From an uncultured archaeon (lineage in GTDB: Archaea; Asgardarchaeota; Thorarchaeia; Thorarchaeales; Thorarchaeaceae): a stretch of 32,000 nucleotides of DNA. The notes under the pieces are model-generated. The model saw nothing but the letters and a program-made list of their open reading frames with translations. It did not search any database and was not told the DNA's origin. The stretch lies in NCBI GenBank assembly GCA_964648855.1, contig CAZYLT010000005.1, positions 120,001-152,000 on the forward strand. The letters run 5' to 3'. Position numbers and translations under genes: made by a program. Below are positions 8,709-18,019 of this stretch, piece by piece; position 1 is the first letter of the stretch, and each line of letters begins with the position of its first letter.

Positions 8709-11700
8709 GTGAAGTCAAAAGCAATACTGCTCCTGATTGTCTGTTCGTTATTGGTCCCAGCTTTCGGTAGAACAGAGTCCGCTGATTTCTCGCATGAGAA
8801 CTATAATACATATACCCCACAAATAGACTCCCTTCTGGTTTCTGATTTCCGAACAAGGGGCTTAACGGTTGCAGCTGCTGATGGGAATATGGTTTCAGCC
8901 ATACTGCAATTCAGAGAGGAATTGACAGCACAACAGATGCAGTGGGTGAAATCCCAAGGAATTGAATTCGTCACGAGAGATTCATCTATCGTTCATGTAG
9001 GTTCTATATATTCCGTCCGGGCTCCAAATTTGACTAGCATTCAAAGGCTCGATGAAATAGGTTTATTGCGAGCCAGTTCTGGGTCAAAGAAGTTTACGCC
9101 ATCTTTGACGTCATCTGTTCCTGCTATTGGCGCGCCGAATGTCTGGCATAACATGAAGAAGAATGATGAATCAATCAATGGAACTGGAACCAGAATCGCG
9201 GTTATAGATACAGGAGCATCCTGGCTTCACCCTACTTTCTGGCGATCAAATACTGACGAGCTAAATGTGCTGCAGTCGGGTTCAAGATATTATGTCGACA
9301 TTAATTCCAACTCTATCGCTGATGATGATGAAGGCCCCATCTCAACTGTTCAAGGTCAGGTGGGGCCTACAATTTCATATCAGCAAGACTACATGTTTAT
9401 CGATATCAATGATGATGGCGTATTTCAATATAATAATGGTGAACGGTGGCTAGGAGGAATAGATGCGAATGAGGACGGCGATATATCTTTCACTTCTGAA
9501 TCCGTTGTGATATTAGGCGAGTCCAAAATCGCAGTGCTATTCGACCAAGAGAATGATAATGTCTATGTTCGCGGCGTTAACTTGACACAAGCTACGCATG
9601 TCGGTGACTCCTATGGGCATGGTACGCACGTTGCATCCACAGCAGCTGGCGGTCAACCAGGAATGACTTCACTCGTTGGCGTGGCTCCTGGGGCTGATCT
9701 GATTATCATAAAAAGCCCCCTTGATTCTGCATCAATTATTGAGGGAATACACTTTGCCGTAGAGAATGAAGCTGATATAATTAACATGTCATTCTCTAGT
9801 TACCTTGGATTTCTAGACGGTACCGACTTGGAAGACCTTGCAGTATCTCAGGCATTCATAGCCAACGGCACACTTTCTACTCTTGCTGCAGGAAATCTGG
9901 GAGGAAGGGCAAAGCATGCTAATTTCCAGTGTTCTTCTGGAGAAACCGCAGGCACAACACTCTCTGTGAATAACCCCCCTGACAATTCTTTCATCAATAT
10001 ATTATGGCAAAGCGATGATGATGATGAGCACATAATCTTGACGCCACCCGGTGATGCTGAGCCGATTGACATAGGCGAATTTGGCTCGATAACGGGTTCC
10101 GCATATTCTCTGAATTCAGACAATATTAGCGCATATGTCTTTGCAGACACTAGCACTCGTGGTACTAATCGGTTGATAGTGCAAGTTTCATCTTCAAACC
10201 ATTTCTGGCATTCTGGTACTTGGTTGGTATCTATGTCAAATCCTTCCGGTGCTGCTGTGACCGTAGACGCATATGCATGGGACACTCAGTGGCACTATAC
10301 CAACCTAAGATTCACATCTAGAGTTGATGATCGTCGAACAATCAGTTCACCTGGCACCGCTGATTTGGGTGTTGCAGTTGGATCGTCCAGTAAAACTGGT
10401 GAAGGCATCAGCTCGACATCAAGTGAAGGACCCCGCATTGATGGTTCAATCAAGCCCGAGGTTGTTGCACCTGGGGATACAATCAATGCTGCAAGAAATA
10501 GCTTGTCAAACCTTTGGACTTCAAAAAGCGGCACAAGTATGGCTGCACCACATGTGGCCGGTGTTATTGCATTAATCAGACAGGCATCGGATTCTTTGAA
10601 TGGTTGGATTGACCTGTCATCTCTCTACCAAGGAGCCGGTGGCGCTGTAAACCACTATGCATCACCCTCGAATAGCTGGGGCTATGGGTTCGTTAATCCG
10701 ACCTATTCGATTCAACATTTCCTCAATACGAGTGTTTTAGAAACCAATTGGGAGTATATTGAAAATCTCGCTACTGATGGTGAGGATCCGTCAGTCAACG
10801 ATTCTCTGGATATCTTGTCGGTAAAGGCTTATCAAAACTCATCAGCAGTTCAGCTAAGAATTGGTTTCGACGGTGTAGCCGATTTTACTACTGACTCGGT
10901 CTTTACCTTGGAGTGGGATGTTGATTCATCATTGGCAACAGGCCCGCTGGGAGTTGATATGTTAGTAAATGTATCAGCCGGAGAAGTGCATGCCTATGAA
11001 TGGACTGGGTCCTCTTTCGAACTCGCTCCCTTCGCCCCTGAATTTTTCACAGAACTGGACTATCTGTACATCTCAGTTCTTCGAATACAACCATCACACA
11101 GGGGCAGGATGAGATTCAGTACATCAAATTCGACGGTTTCGACGCTGGACTCGTTGGACTACAGCAATCTGGAGAACCAGTGGCGACCCATATTCAGCTC
11201 GATATCTTACCAATCGGAAGGGACTGAATTTGATATTCGGATTTCGGTGTATGACCATGATACTCCGATAGGTGAAATGAATATTGAAGCCATCATTGTC
11301 GATGGCGGACTAGATGACCTAACATCCCAAAACAATCAGGCCGCTTCTGAACTCAATTGGAACGTGGATATTGGAGAACTGGAGAGCAATCCATTATTGA
11401 GTTTGATTGCTACGGCTGGTGATGAATCAGCAAGTTTGGCATCACCACCTGTGATGCTCTCGTCTGAACTCGGAACAGAGGTTCGTTTTGTCAGTGCTAG
11501 CCTTGAAACTACTCAAGTCCGTGTGGGCCCGTTTGTTTCCGACAGGATCAGTGGTTCCTTAACACTGGAGGGCCACTTGTTTGTAGATGCAGTCACATTA
11601 TCGTTTGTTCCCGAGTCTGGATTTACTCCCAATGTTACCTTGTCAGGAAATCAAGGGCAATATTCCTTTGATATTTCAACATCAGGTTTCTCAGAAGGCG

Positions 11701-11873
11701 AATATTCAGTAGTGGCAATAGCGACACTGAGAACTGGAGAACAAATCTCATATGAGTTTGCGACTCTGAGGGTCGTCAGTGACTACTCTGTCGTAATCCT
11801 TTTGGGGGTGGCCGCGATGGCTGTAGTCGCAATCATCATACTCTATCCCAAAATTGCTACGCGTATTAGATAG
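8709..11873 (+). CDS. Secreted, C-terminally membrane-anchored S8 subtilase with Csp-like internal insertion and DOMON/glucodextranase-C-like accessory domain
   Basis: Signal peptide MKSKAILLLIVCSLLVPAFG; triad IDTG / HGTHVA / GTSMAAPHVAG; oxyanion AAGN; C-terminal TM (VVILLGVAAMAVVAIIILY) plus basic tail. Confidence 0.92.
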   Translation: MKSKAILLLIVCSLLVPAFGRTESADFSHENYNTYTPQIDSLLVSDFRTRGLTVAAADGNMVSAILQFREELTAQQMQWVKSQGIEFVTRDSSIVHVGSIYSVRAPNLTSIQRLDEIGLLRASSGSKKFTPSLTSSVPAIGAPNVWHNMKKNDESINGTGTRIAVIDTGASWLHPTFWRSNTDELNVLQSGSRYYVDINSNSIADDDEGPISTVQGQVGPTISYQQDYMFIDINDDGVFQYNNGERWLGGIDANEDGDISFTSESVVILGESKIAVLFDQENDNVYVRGVNLTQATHVGDSYGHGTHVASTAAGGQPGMTSLVGVAPGADLIIIKSPLDSASIIEGIHFAVENEADIINMSFSSYLGFLDGTDLEDLAVSQAFIANGTLSTLAAGNLGGRAKHANFQCSSGETAGTTLSVNNPPDNSFINILWQSDDDDEHIILTPPGDAEPIDIGEFGSITGSAYSLNSDNISAYVFADTSTRGTNRLIVQVSSSNHFWHSGTWLVSMSNPSGAAVTVDAYAWDTQWHYTNLRFTSRVDDRRTISSPGTADLGVAVGSSSKTGEGISSTSSEGPRIDGSIKPEVVAPGDTINAARNSLSNLWTSKSGTSMAAPHVAGVIALIRQASDSLNGWIDLSSLYQGAGGAVNHYASPSNSWGYGFVNPTYSIQHFLNTSVLETNWEYIENLATDGEDPSVNDSLDILSVKAYQNSSAVQLRIGFDGVADFTTDSVFTLEWDVDSSLATGPLGVDMLVNVSAGEVHAYEWTGSSFELAPFAPEFFTELDYLYISVLRIQPSHRGRMRFSTSNSTVSTLDSLDYSNLENQWRPIFSSISYQSEGTEFDIRISVYDHDTPIGEMNIEAIIVDGGLDDLTSQNNQAASELNWNVDIGELESNPLLSLIATAGDESASLASPPVMLSSELGTEVRFVSASLETTQVRVGPFVSDRISGSLTLEGHLFVDAVTLSFVPESGFTPNVTLSGNQGQYSFDISTSGFSEGEYSVVAIATLRTGEQISYEFATLRVVSDYSVVILLGVAAMAVVAIIILYPKIATRIR

Positions 11874-11882
11874 GTGTAAGAA

Positions 11883-13166
11883 ATGAAAGTTGTAATTATT
11901 GGTTCTGGACCTAGTGGTCTTTCAGCGGCGTGGGCGGCTAAGTCATTTAGTCGGGATGCGGACGTCATAATCATTACGAAAGAAACTAGTGAAGCTCATA
12001 AGAAGCCAGGCTCAGCCATGGCTCTCGAATATCCTGAGACTGAAGCTCTCAACATCCCTGATTGGTCAAATGAGTCTTTACAAAAGATGGGTGTTGAGGT
12101 ACAATCGGGCACCAAGGTCATAGATGTAGATGTGTCATCAAAGACTCTAGAATTAGAAACAACCAAGTCTGAGTCCGATTCAATATCTTATGATAAACTC
12201 ATAATCGCTACTGGTGGGAGAGCATACGTTCCAGAGATTCCTGGTACTGATTTGGAGGGAGTATTTACTATTCAGGATGTGTCTGATAGCGCCAAAATTG
12301 GAAAGCGAATGAAAAACTATCGGAATATCATGGTGGTTGGAGCAGGATTAAGTGGGCTGGAAATAGCTGAGAAACTTCTCGAGCTAGATAAGGAGGTTCA
12401 TCTTATCGTTCGATCTCGTCTTATGAGGCGTCTCTTGGAAAAAAGAATGAGTGATGAACTGGAATCCCGTCTACCGCACTCACTTGAAGTCCACAAGGGC
12501 AAATCTCCTTCATCTGTCCTCGGAGATGAGAGAGTGAAGGGCCTAGCAATAAATGATGCTGAACTTGAAACCGATGCAGTCATCTTCATGACTGGAGTAA
12601 ATCCAAAGGTTGAGCTTGCACGGAAGCTGGGCCTAGAAATCGGCGGCTTGGGTGGGATTATTGTGGACTCAAAAATGCGAACATCTGAGGAGGACATTTT
12701 TGCAGTAGGCGATTGCATAGAGATGGCTGATTTCTATACAGGAAAACCTGTCATGATGCCAATCGGTAGCGTAGCAGCAAGATGTGGCCGTCAAGCTGGA
12801 GTCATAGCAGTTGGTGGGAAAAAAATCTACGAAGATACCGACCTGCGTTTCCAATATGATCGTATTTTCAATACCGATATCGTCTGCGTTGGTCTTTCAT
12901 CCGAAATTGCCTCAAGAGTGGGCGTTGATGTCGATGTTCACTTTGTCACCCATCCTGCAGAACAGATGAAGATAGCAATTGTCACTGCAAAGGATGGACC
13001 GGTTCTTGGTGGTCAAGTTATTTCCTCAAGACTAGGTGCTAAGATGGGGTATCAAATTCTTCAAAGGATGAAAGAGGGTGCTACACTAGAGGACAATCCG
13101 TTGCTGGACCCATTGCATGATAGAATTCTATCATCAATGCAACATAGATACGGGCCTATTGGATAG
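11883..13166 (+). CDS. FAD-dependent pyridine nucleotide-disulfide oxidoreductase family protein (NADH oxidase/CoA-disulfide reductase-like)
   Basis: FAD-binding GSGPSG, YDKLIIATG, NAD(P)-binding GAGLSGLE, IFAVGDC. AGGTG RBS 9 nt after the protease stop. Confidence 0.88.
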   Translation: MKVVIIGSGPSGLSAAWAAKSFSRDADVIIITKETSEAHKKPGSAMALEYPETEALNIPDWSNESLQKMGVEVQSGTKVIDVDVSSKTLELETTKSESDSISYDKLIIATGGRAYVPEIPGTDLEGVFTIQDVSDSAKIGKRMKNYRNIMVVGAGLSGLEIAEKLLELDKEVHLIVRSRLMRRLLEKRMSDELESRLPHSLEVHKGKSPSSVLGDERVKGLAINDAELETDAVIFMTGVNPKVELARKLGLEIGGLGGIIVDSKMRTSEEDIFAVGDCIEMADFYTGKPVMMPIGSVAARCGRQAGVIAVGGKKIYEDTDLRFQYDRIFNTDIVCVGLSSEIASRVGVDVDVHFVTHPAEQMKIAIVTAKDGPVLGGQVISSRLGAKMGYQILQRMKEGATLEDNPLLDPLHDRILSSMQHRYGPIG

Positions 13167-16095
13167 ATGGCCCCTCTTTTTCATCATCTCCCTCCCAACG
13201 AGGCTCCCATTCACCTTCTAATTTGTTTCGAGCCTTCTTTCCAATTCCAAACTTGAGAACGATTACAACAACAATCCCAACTGCAACTACTCCAAGTAGC
13301 GCTATGAATACCATCTGGGCTGTCACAGGATTTACTGTGTCTACTTGAACCAGTATTGTCTTGCTGAAAACGCGTGTGTTTCCATTACTATCTTCCATTC
13401 CTACTAGGATGTCATAGAACCCTGCAGTTTCAAGTATAAACTCTGTAGTGAATTTATATCCAAGCTCTTCCACTGGGTTTTCCGTTATATTCTGCCCGTT
13501 GGGCGTGGATATAGTCATCTCAACAGATTCAAGGTCCTCATCGAAGATGTATGCAGTGACTTCCGAGGTTTCACCCAACTTTACTTCAGTAAGCTTTACA
13601 TCGAATATGCGAGGGGCGTCAGTTAGTACTTGGTTTGCTATGTTTCTAAGTAGCACTAAGTTATCGCTTCCTGTTCGTATTGCATCATAGCTTATACTGT
13701 CATAAAGAATTGACCCATCCGAAACTGCAATGACTTTACCTCTTCCTGAGGTGGCATAGGCAACAATGGCGTGGGTCCGCCCTGAATCTGTCCAAAATAG
13801 CCCCTCTGCGCCTGCGATAGATGAATCAACACTGAATGTGCCACCGTTGAGAATATAGAGATTTTCTACTCCATCGGTTAGCGGGTGGTCTTCTGAAACA
13901 CCGCCATAGTCTTCTCCATAGACCTCTCCAACGAATATATCGCTGCCCTGTCCAATCCAATTATCCTCGCATTGAATCCCGTAGGGTGCCAGTATCTGAT
14001 TGTAAGAGGCTTGAGCAAAGGCTGGTCCACCGTTCTGAGTATCATATCCTTCGGAAAGAATCAACAATATTCCACCGGAGTCGACGTATTCGTGTATTGC
14101 ATTGATTTCAGCTGTAGAATACTGTAACTCAGTATCCATGACCATCAATACTTCTGCTGTTGCTAGTGCATTGCTGGTTATTGTGGGCATGGTAGAGGTT
14201 TCTGCCCAATTCTCTGGATACTCAGAAAAGACCATGCCGAGGTCACGGAGGTACTTTCGGAAGTATCGGTAGTAAGAAATATCGTCCGGGTCCTGGTCCG
14301 AGTGGTGCGCCATATCAACCATCACACTTCCCCCATAGGTCGTTATCGTCAGGTCTAACTCAAGGCTCGCAATTACTTCGTCATCGGTGTTCTGGAGACT
14401 TAACTGACCAACGTAGTGACCTATCGCGCTCAGCGGCAAATCTTCAGGCACAAGTAGATTGACTCCGAAATAAGAATGCCCAACTCCCACAGAAACAGAA
14501 TCATCATAGGTTACTATGAACTGGCTTGCATTTCCGGATGTAGCAATGTCTAGACTGCCGTGGTTTGTGGTAGATATCACTGTTACGTTTTGTCCAGGCC
14601 GCTCTTCACCGATTATGAAGACACTTGATGTCCCTGGCAGTGTTGGATATTCATTCGGGGTCACAATCGTGATTTGTCCTGAGGATGCTCCAATCATCTC
14701 AGAGGATTTTGTGACATTGGCAACACCATATCCCTCAGCCATGGGATCAGAGTTCAAGTCCGTTGAACCCGCCATTAGGAATGCTTTGATTTCCAAAGCA
14801 GTGATTCCCGGATGCTTGTCTATCAGCAATGCTGCTAATCCTGCTATTTGAGGACATGATGCTGACGTGCCTGACCAAATAGTATAGGCTGCAGGCCATT
14901 GAGTGGAATTATATCTAGGGTACTCTGCAGGGTTTGCCTGATCGGATAGAGCTGAGAGTATTTGATCACCAGGTGCAACAAGGTCTGGCTTGGCGTAGTA
15001 CCCGTGTGGTTCTGAGAAGGGACGATAGACGGGGCCTCGGCTGCTGAATGATATGATACCTGCATCGCCACTGGAGGAACCAACCGCTATTGCTTCATTA
15101 ACAACTGCAGGCGATGTGATGGTGATTGGTGCAGGACCAGAGTTACCTCCGGCGATTGTGACAACTACTCCCGCATCGATAGCCTCTCTTACCGCTAGTA
15201 TCGAAGGTTCAATGATGAATTGGTCGTCATTCCACGCTCCCCCAAGACTTAGTGAAATAATATCGGCATCTTGATCCACTGCGAACTCAATACCTTCTGC
15301 AATAACTGAGTCATCTCCACTACCAGTTGAGTCGAGGGCTTTCACTATTAATAACTCAGCGCCAGGAGCCATCCCTTTGTAATCGCCACCATTGCCTGCT
15401 CCTGTTCCAGCGACTAGCCATGCACATGCGGTCCCATGTCCATTATCATCATAGGCGTCAATGCCGTCAGAGGGATCCATGTCATGTTCTTCATCAATCA
15501 AATCATAGAAGCCGACTATCTTTCCTTCCAAGTCTGGATGGTCGCTCATTACACCACTATCTATAACTGCGACTTTTGCACCAGTACCATTGTATCCTTG
15601 TTCCCACAGGTCATCTGCACCAAGTATGCCATCAGGATGTGCATAGCCAGTGCCTGTTGATTGCCCTGGAGCAAAACCTACTTGTGGTTGGTTTATCGAC
15701 CTCACTGGATCAGCATCTAGTGCAATAACTCCCTCTAGTCGCGATAGCCTTTCTATAGCATCCGAATTTGCATAGAGAGAAACCACTGGAATTGTCTTGA
15801 ACATATTCCTTACTAATACCCCCGGATCTTTCAAATCTTCCAGAAGCTGAATTCTATCTGCATAATCAAATCCTTGTCCAAATTCAATAAGGACGGGCAT
15901 CATCTCGTTTGATTCAGATGCAGAAACCATCTTGCTCAGATGCATACCAATTTTGGGGGCTGTTGCTGACGCCACTGGAGGTTCAATGCTCTGAACAATG
16001 GGGAGTGGCATCATTAACAGCATAATGAGAATTACCGAAGAAAGTTGAAGTTGTTTGGTTCTATCGCTGCAGCCCATGTCAGTCAAGCCATCCAT
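13156..16095 (-). CDS. Type-I membrane S8 subtilase with GIFT/DUF4350-like domain (Site-1 protease/MBTPS1-like architecture)
   Basis: N-terminal hydrophobic signal, I9-like prodomain, triad IDSG / HGTAC / [11 protein letters not shown], AGGN. Followed by a beta domain, an alpha/beta domain (VMVDMAHH...[20 protein letters not shown]...[10 protein letters not shown]), an Ig-like domain, a TM helix and a charged tail. Start may be ATG 16077. Confidence 0.9.
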   Translation of the reverse strand: [979 protein letters not shown]

Positions 16096-16249
16096 TCGGA
16101 GAGAATTCCACAGTTAGTTAAGGTTTTTCTTGGAGGCCGATATGCTGGCTCTTAGGGAGCAGCTCGGTGATGCCGAGAGACGATGCAATAAGCTTTCCTT
16201 CTAATGTGTCATTGATTGTGAGATAGAGAACAATCTAGAGGTAGTATAA

Positions 16250-16549
16250 ATGGCAAAAAGTAACCAGAGATATGAGCGCCGTCTGCAGGTCAAGCACTTC
16301 TACGAGGATCGACAGACTGGAAAGACTAAGAGAACCTGGCTAGAAGTCCAGTTGAGCCCACCTGAAAAGACAGATGAGGGCTGGGTTAATGACGGACGTG
16401 TTAGGCTATCCTTGGGCGAAGACCGTGATATCAAAGGCGCCTTTCTACTTTCCGTTGAAGAAGCATTGCGCTTGTACAAGGCGTTAGAGCTCATTGTAGA
16501 AGCTCACGAGAGTGAAAAAGCAGCATTATGGAAGGAATGGAACAAGTAG
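16250..16549 (+). CDS. Small hypothetical protein, possible PC4/Whirly/PUR-like nucleic-acid-binding fold
   Basis: 99 aa, GAGGT RBS; pattern of four beta strands followed by a long amphipathic helix (FLLSVEEALRLYKALE); rich in basic and aromatic residues. Confidence 0.75.
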   Translation: MAKSNQRYERRLQVKHFYEDRQTGKTKRTWLEVQLSPPEKTDEGWVNDGRVRLSLGEDRDIKGAFLLSVEEALRLYKALELIVEAHESEKAALWKEWNK

Positions 16550-16672
16550 CTTCCGTTCTTTTCAGCATAAAGCCGCTCTTTGAGCTTCAATTTCTTTCTA
16601 GGTATTCCTCGCCAGAACAGATATATCAAATGCTACAAAGAGATACTAGTATCTGTAAAAGGAGGATTTGAG

Positions 16673-17776
16673 TTGACCTCTCTGAGTCCAGCAATTGAAC
16701 CCGTAATTCTTATTGATGTCCCATTTCCGGCCATAGATCTATTGGCAGTCATGCCATATGTTATACCTCTCATTTTTGGAGCTACTGTTTTCGCCCTGTA
16801 TCAGCGGCATCTGATGCGTGGCAGTCTTGAGAGAAACATCATGCTGTCACTGAGTATTGCTGGATTTGTCATTGCCTTTCTATTGGTTCTTTATGCTGGA
16901 TTTGGCTCGGTGTGGTGGTGGAGAGATGACTTCACTCTTGGCTCATGGCGCTATCTCATAGGGTACCTCCAATTTGGAACTGACCTGGTATTTGGCTCTG
17001 TTATCACAGGTGTCATTTACTTGGTGATTGCCAGTGTTGTATTTGCGGTCATTGCGACCCGCGTAATTGCTCCCCCTGATCCTGATTTTGTTTCCCTACG
17101 AGAGGAGTTGGAAACCAAGAGTCGCTTGACCGAATCCCTCACTGAGAAGGTGCAGAATCTCGAAGCAGAGAATAAACAATTGAATGAGTTCTTGACCGAG
17201 CGGGAAGAGAATCTGATTTCTCTTGAGGAGGAACTTGATTCGCTTAAGGAGTCCATTGCTGGAAGAGAGGATGAACTTGTACATGCAAAAATGGAGCTCG
17301 AAAAAGCTGCCGAGTCAATAGAAACTAAACAATTAGAAGAAACAATTACAAAGAAGAACGAACAGATCCAATCCCTCGAAAATGAGATTAGTAATTTACG
17401 TTCTGCTCTTGAAAAGGAACCATCTGACGTAGTTGTGACTACTGAAGCGGAAGGCGAAACTAAGGCACTAAGAGATCAAGTTGAAACTCTGAAGAAACGA
17501 TTGGAAGACATGAGGCGACGGACTGAAACAGCTAACGAAGTGTCTGACAGCCTGATATCTGACTTGGCTGAGCTCATCTCTGACATCGAAAGTAGCTCAC
17601 TTGACAACCCTACTAAGAAATCGCTTGTCGCCTTGGTAGAGAATCTTGGTAGAGCAATGGGCAGAGTGTCAACTAGTTCACTCGATTCGAAGAATGAGCA
17701 ACCTCAGGTTGAACTGATAGGTGCGGTATTGATGATGCATGAAATTATCGATGGCATCAAGAAGATTGCTCGATAA
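16673..17776 (+). CDS. Membrane protein with N-terminal TM helices and long cytoplasmic coiled coil
   Basis: Track ORF 16580..17776; start refined to TTG 16673 after GGAGG (16661-16665). At least 3 hydrophobic segments, then heptad-rich E/K/L sequence (~150 aa) and a helical C-terminal domain. Confidence 0.82.
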   Translation: MTSLSPAIEPVILIDVPFPAIDLLAVMPYVIPLIFGATVFALYQRHLMRGSLERNIMLSLSIAGFVIAFLLVLYAGFGSVWWWRDDFTLGSWRYLIGYLQFGTDLVFGSVITGVIYLVIASVVFAVIATRVIAPPDPDFVSLREELETKSRLTESLTEKVQNLEAENKQLNEFLTEREENLISLEEELDSLKESIAGREDELVHAKMELEKAAESIETKQLEETITKKNEQIQSLENEISNLRSALEKEPSDVVVTTEAEGETKALRDQVETLKKRLEDMRRRTETANEVSDSLISDLAELISDIESSSLDNPTKKSLVALVENLGRAMGRVSTSSLDSKNEQPQVELIGAVLMMHEIIDGIKKIAR

Positions 17777-18011
17777 TTCCATGTGTAGATGTAACTCAGA
17801 ATGCACTATATCCGTTCCTTGCTAATAGGATGCTGTAATGCTTTTTTAATTACCATAATGAACATTGTAAGTATGCTTTCAGACCTCATGGCAACCCTCC
17901 TAGAATTTTCAGGGCTTATAAACCGCTAAAAGTTGCGATAGGGCTCTATAAAACAATTCAGGGCAAAAATGATAATCTATAATTCTTTTCACGTACCATT
18001 TTAGGCACAAG

Positions 18012-18019
18012 TTTTAATA
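18012..18019 (+). promoter_or_regulatory. Putative TATA box for the giant subtilase gene
   Basis: TTTTAATA about 200 nt upstream of ATG 18218; alternative TATA-like motifs at 17916-17922 and 17947-17953. Confidence 0.3.
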
